Below are positions 28,472 through 32,000 of a stretch of 32,000 bases of DNA, piece by piece. The notes beneath the pieces are model-generated. The model saw only the letters and a program-made list of their open reading frames with translations, did not search any database and had not been told where the DNA came from. The stretch is from positions 30,001 through 62,000 of the forward strand of contig NZ_CP006867.1 of the NCBI RefSeq assembly GCF_001481685.1, read 5' to 3'. The stretch is from Ignicoccus islandicus DSM 13165 (GTDB lineage: Archaea; Thermoproteota; Thermoprotei_A; Sulfolobales; Ignicoccaceae). How positions within the stretch are numbered: position 1 is the first letter of the stretch; each line of letters begins with the position of its first letter. The translations under genes were made by a program, and so were the position numbers.

Positions 28472-29074
28472 TTAACCCGCTACTTGTTTATAGTTTTCGA
28501 GGATCTTCGATTTCACTTCTTCGAAGTGACTTGGATAGTTCTCTGGGTCGAATCCATTCTTTAAGAGTACTGAGAACCTCTTTTGGAACTCCTCGGGGTT
28601 CTGTTCCTTTAGCATCTTAGCGTAGCTCGCTATGTGTTCACCCCTTATCCTCTCTTCAGACGGTGCGACCTCTTCCGACATAGGGACTTCTAAGCCTACG
28701 TCATTTGCAGCCTTGATGGCAGCGAAGACCCTTGCCCCTTTAGTTGGTTTGTGTAGACCTATATTGGGTGCGGCGTATTGAATGCCCTTCTCCTTTGCTC
28801 TGAGTGCAGCAAGCATACCAGTTAAGTAAACCGCAGGAAGGGAGTTACCAGAGCCCTTCCATCCGAACTTCTGTAGTTCCTTCGAATGGGCAGCCGCTAC
28901 TACGACGTCGCCTTGGACTTGAGGCTTCACTATTTGAACCCATACGTACTTGTTAGACTTCCTTACAACGAATATTGGATGGCCGCTTAGGACTAATTTG
29001 TACCTTTTCCTGTAGTCAGTCTTTCCTTCTCTCCTTCTTCTCCTAGGTACCTTATATCTGGGTCCATGGGCCAT
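28472..29074 (-). CDS. rpl18: Ribosomal protein uL18
   Basis: [50 protein letters not shown]. Confidence 0.97.
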   Translation of the reverse strand: MAHGPRYKVPRRRRREGKTDYRKRYKLVLSGHPIFVVRKSNKYVWVQIVKPQVQGDVVVAAAHSKELQKFGWKGSGNSLPAVYLTGMLAALRAKEKGIQYAAPNIGLHKPTKGARVFAAIKAANDVGLEVPMSEEVAPSEERIRGEHIASYAKMLKEQNPEEFQKRFSVLLKNGFDPENYPSHFEEVKSKILENYKQVAG

Positions 29075-29075
29075 T

Positions 29076-29528
29076 TCACTTCACCTCAATGCCATATCTT
29101 TCTCTTAGATGTAATTTCAAGTTCCTCAAGCTGTCGAATTCACCACCTTTTGCCTTTCTATATAGTTCCCTGTAGGTCCTTCTGTCTATTACGCCCTTGT
29201 CTCGTAGGTACTTTAGGAACCTCCTTATCTTCCTTATCTTGTTCATCCATACTTCCTTCTTGGGCGTTCTAGCCGTTGCCTTACCCTTTCTCTTACCATA
29301 ACCCCTTCTCCTACCCTTCTTCCTTTGCTCGTGTCGAACCTTCCATCTACTCCTCGAATTTCCTCTCTCTGGTAGTACCTTGATGACGCCTTCTTCCATT
29401 AATTTCCTAACGTCGGCTTTAGAGACCACTTCGTTCAGTTCATCTAGCCTAGTTGGATCGATCCATATTCTACTTTCTCCTACACCAGCTACGCTAGCTG
29501 CTAACCTCGCCACCTTATCCGCTCTCAT
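29076..29528 (-). CDS. rpl19e: Ribosomal protein eL19
   Basis: [57 protein letters not shown]...[14 protein letters not shown]. Confidence 0.97.
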   Translation of the reverse strand: MRADKVARLAASVAGVGESRIWIDPTRLDELNEVVSKADVRKLMEEGVIKVLPERGNSRSRWKVRHEQRKKGRRRGYGKRKGKATARTPKKEVWMNKIRKIRRFLKYLRDKGVIDRRTYRELYRKAKGGEFDSLRNLKLHLRERYGIEVK

Positions 29529-29553
29529 CCGAACTCACCTCTCGAAACTCGAA

Positions 29554-29982
29554 CTAAGCGTTCGCTATCCTTATCCCGAGCTCTGCAGCCCTCTTAACTA
29601 TAATTTCCCTTTTCCTCTTTCCAACACTGCTCGCTATGTAGACTATGTGTTTGCTCGCATCTACCTTTTCCAACTCCTTTTCGTTATGTATTACAATAGG
29701 CTCCAAACCGCTGGGATGCAGTCCTCTCACATCTTTTGGCGTTCTATATCCTATCTTTACGATCGGTGGGTATCCCTTTAGCTGAAGCCTGCTCTTGTTA
29801 TCGTTGCCCTTAGGCTTCCTCCATTTATAGCCTCTTTCGAGCCTGAAGTACCTCCACCAGTGATATCTTATGAATTCTGGAAGATCGTTTCTGATCTTTA
29901 TTGCTTTCTTCATTTTCTTCCTTCTCTTTTGTAAGTTTCTTAGTACTTCTTTGCGTTTAGCTAATACGTCGTTGGAGCTCAT
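29554..29982 (-). CDS. rpl32e: Ribosomal protein eL32
   Basis: [62 protein letters not shown]. Confidence 0.97.
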   Translation of the reverse strand: MSSNDVLAKRKEVLRNLQKRRKKMKKAIKIRNDLPEFIRYHWWRYFRLERGYKWRKPKGNDNKSRLQLKGYPPIVKIGYRTPKDVRGLHPSGLEPIVIHNEKELEKVDASKHIVYIASSVGKRKREIIVKRAAELGIRIANA

Positions 29983-30545
29983 TTCTCAATCACCTCCTTC
30001 TCATAGATGTATATTCCATCGCTGAACACTCTTCTGTCGAAGTCCTTAATCTTAGTGGCTAGTTCTATATTTGCTGCAGTTTGAGCTACTTTCTCTAAAT
30101 CTATCCCTTCAACTATTAGATCTCGACCCTTTACTTGAACCTTAACGCCAGGAAGGACTTTAGCTATCCTCGGGGCCTTTTCTCCGATGAAGTTCGCTAT
30201 TTCAACTACGTCGCCCTTTACGTTAACGCTTATTGGGAAGTGTGAGAATATTATTTTCATTTTATACCTCCAGCCTTTGGTAACTCCGATTATCATGTTG
30301 TTTATATGAGCAGCAATCGTTCTAACTAACGCCTTCTTTTTGCGATTGGCAAAGAATGTCTCTACTAAGATGGCATCCTTGCCCTCTTCAGTCTTCACTA
30401 GTTTTATGTTAACGCCCTTAGCGTGGGAGAAGTCTCTTTCAAGCGTTCCTTTAGGTCCACTTACCTTCACTTTCAAGCCCTCTACCGTTACGGTCACGCC
30501 GTCCGGTATCTCTACTAAGTGATGGACCCACACGGCTTTAGCCAT
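29979..30545 (-). CDS. rpl6: Ribosomal protein uL6
   Basis: [27 protein letters not shown]...[33 protein letters not shown]. Confidence 0.97.
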   Translation of the reverse strand: MAKAVWVHHLVEIPDGVTVTVEGLKVKVSGPKGTLERDFSHAKGVNIKLVKTEEGKDAILVETFFANRKKKALVRTIAAHINNMIIGVTKGWRYKMKIIFSHFPISVNVKGDVVEIANFIGEKAPRIAKVLPGVKVQVKGRDLIVEGIDLEKVAQTAANIELATKIKDFDRRVFSDGIYIYEKEVIEK

Positions 30546-30581
30546 TTTTCATTTACCCATTGAGGGGTGTCTTACGGGGAT

Positions 30582-31376
30582 TTAAGGACTCTTATGAAGC
30601 TTCTCGTAGGTATATTCCATTAACGAGTCTATTAAACTGCGTTCTTGAGAAGGACACTTTTCTAGTAAGAATAGTAGAGACGGAGGCTTCACCACTTTAC
30701 TTCTAACTAAACCCTCGAGAGTTAAGTTGCCTTTAGCATTGTATTCCACTATGGAAGAGCGCTCGATCATTAGTACCTTATCCGATATCCATATGAGCTC
30801 GGGATCGTGAGTTGCAATTAAAGCGGACCTTCCTTCTTCTCTGAGCTGAATAATGTACTTCAATACTTTCCAATACGATTCGTTATCCAAGAAACTCGTG
30901 GGTTCGTCTAAGAGTACGTACTTTGGCTTGTATACTTCGATACTAGCAATAGTAACGAGTCTTTTCTGACCTAGGCTAAGTCTTAACGTTCTCTCCTTTG
31001 TAAGATGTTCTATACCAAACTTCCTTAACGTTTCAATAACTCTTGCTCTAATTTCGTCTTCGCTCATTCCCAGCGTCCTGAGCGAATACGCAACCTCATC
31101 GTACACTGTCGGGTTAAACAGTTGCGCCCCAGGATCTTGGAACGTTAGCCCAACGAGAGGTTTTAATCGAAACCTATCTTTGCTCCATCTTAGTCCATCT
31201 ATTTCTAATCTCCCTTTGATTGGTTTGAGCAATCCGGCTAGAGTCATTAGTAGAGTCGTTTTACCGCTGCCCGTAGGTCCAACTAATGCAACTATCTCAC
31301 CGGAATCTACGCGCACGTTGATGTCTCGAATTATAGGATACTTGTAGCCGATTTCACCGTTCTCGAAAATTAACAT
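30582..31376 (-). CDS. ecfA: ECF/CbiO-type ABC transporter ATPase
   Basis: ALVGPTGSGKTTLLMTLAGLLKP, VGLTFQDPGAQLFNPTVYDEVAYSLR, LSLGQKRLVTIASI, YVLLDEPTSFLD, ATHDPELIW. Confidence 0.9.
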   Translation of the reverse strand: MLIFENGEIGYKYPIIRDINVRVDSGEIVALVGPTGSGKTTLLMTLAGLLKPIKGRLEIDGLRWSKDRFRLKPLVGLTFQDPGAQLFNPTVYDEVAYSLRTLGMSEDEIRARVIETLRKFGIEHLTKERTLRLSLGQKRLVTIASIEVYKPKYVLLDEPTSFLDNESYWKVLKYIIQLREEGRSALIATHDPELIWISDKVLMIERSSIVEYNAKGNLTLEGLVRSKVVKPPSLLFLLEKCPSQERSLIDSLMEYTYEKLHKSP

Positions 31377-31996
31377 TATCCCAACCTCCTCGCCTCAAGA
31401 GCCATTAACCTTAGTTCTAAATAGAACCTTACCCTATATAAGAACATTTCAAGGCTCGATAATTGGTGTCTCCAAATTTCTTTCAAGAATAACTTCTTCA
31501 AAGTTCTAGATTCTCGTGCAGCTAATAGCGTTAGTAACGAGGTAGAGAGCGTTAATGCAACTAGAAGAACGTACTCATATAACGTTACAATACCTTCCGG
31601 TATTCCTAGGTCTACAAGGATTTTCAAAATATTAATTAAGCCAACTCTTTCTATATATAGACTTATTAGTAAAGTTGATAACGAAGATCTCATTGTAAGC
31701 GAGAGCCCTTCGACAAGACCGCGATCACCTAGCCCTGTCCACGAGAAAAGCGTAGTGATGAGACCTAGAGCGAGAGGATACAGGGTAACGCTAAACGGGT
31801 ACTTCAGTGTACGTAATCGCGATCTTCTCTTAATCAGTTCCCTGAGTAAGAATGGAAGAGATACTAGTATCAGCTTATCAATGGATTTCTCGAAAGAAAG
31901 GTATATAGTTGCTGATACGTACAATAGGAACTCGATTTTCGATGTCCCCTCGCGACCTCGAGAGAGCGCATAAGAAAGCTCGCTGACTTCTTCCAC
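31376..31996 (-). CDS. ecfT: ECF/CbiQ-type transmembrane protein (start may lie beyond the window)
   Basis: Hydrophobic protein with a C-terminal coupling-helix-like region (RLVG/EARRLG-type); 1-nt overlap with the CbiO-type ATPase. Confidence 0.75.
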   Translation of the reverse strand: MEEVSELSYALSRGREGTSKIEFLLYVSATIYLSFEKSIDKLILVSLPFLLRELIKRRSRLRTLKYPFSVTLYPLALGLITTLFSWTGLGDRGLVEGLSLTMRSSLSTLLISLYIERVGLINILKILVDLGIPEGIVTLYEYVLLVALTLSTSLLTLLAARESRTLKKLFLKEIWRHQLSSLEMFLYRVRFYLELRLMALEARRLG

Positions 31997-32000
31997 GAAC

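Noticed and set aside
27872-29781. + strand ORFs over the uS5/uL18/eL19/eL32 genes (27872-28144, 29066-29272, 29380-29781 and others).
   Set aside because: Opposite strongly conserved ribosomal protein genes; shadow ORFs.

Overview
This 32 kb window looks like a compact crenarchaeal chromosome segment. The ribosomal-protein set and the hydrogenase type suggest a hyperthermophilic Desulfurococcales/Ignicoccus-like organism; that assignment is inference. Most of it is ordinary core genome. The points worth a second look are: (1) the archaeal spc ribosomal operon is broken at the uS8/uL6 junction. uS17-uL14-uL24-eS4-uL5-uS14-uS8 are on + at 7.3-10.4 kb, and uL6-eL32-eL19-uL18-uS5-uL30 are on - at 27.3-30.5 kb, as if one block was inverted. 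ECF-transporter genes lie directly upstream of the displaced uL6 half. (2) A membrane-bound [NiFe]-hydrogenase operon (13.86-19.46 kb) encodes a Tat-signal small subunit, a large subunit, an Isp1-like membrane protein and an Isp2/HdrD-like Fe-S protein. Its proximal Fe-S motif reads CTGD, with an Asp where the second Cys is expected. (3) An unannotated C/D-box sRNA candidate at about 22316-22388 has two 12-nt guides, near-consensus boxes, a 9-bp terminal stem and an upstream TATA-like element. (4) A V4R-like gene appears to have coding sequence upstream of its first canonical start. No tRNA, rRNA, CRISPR array or mobile element was recognised by eye.
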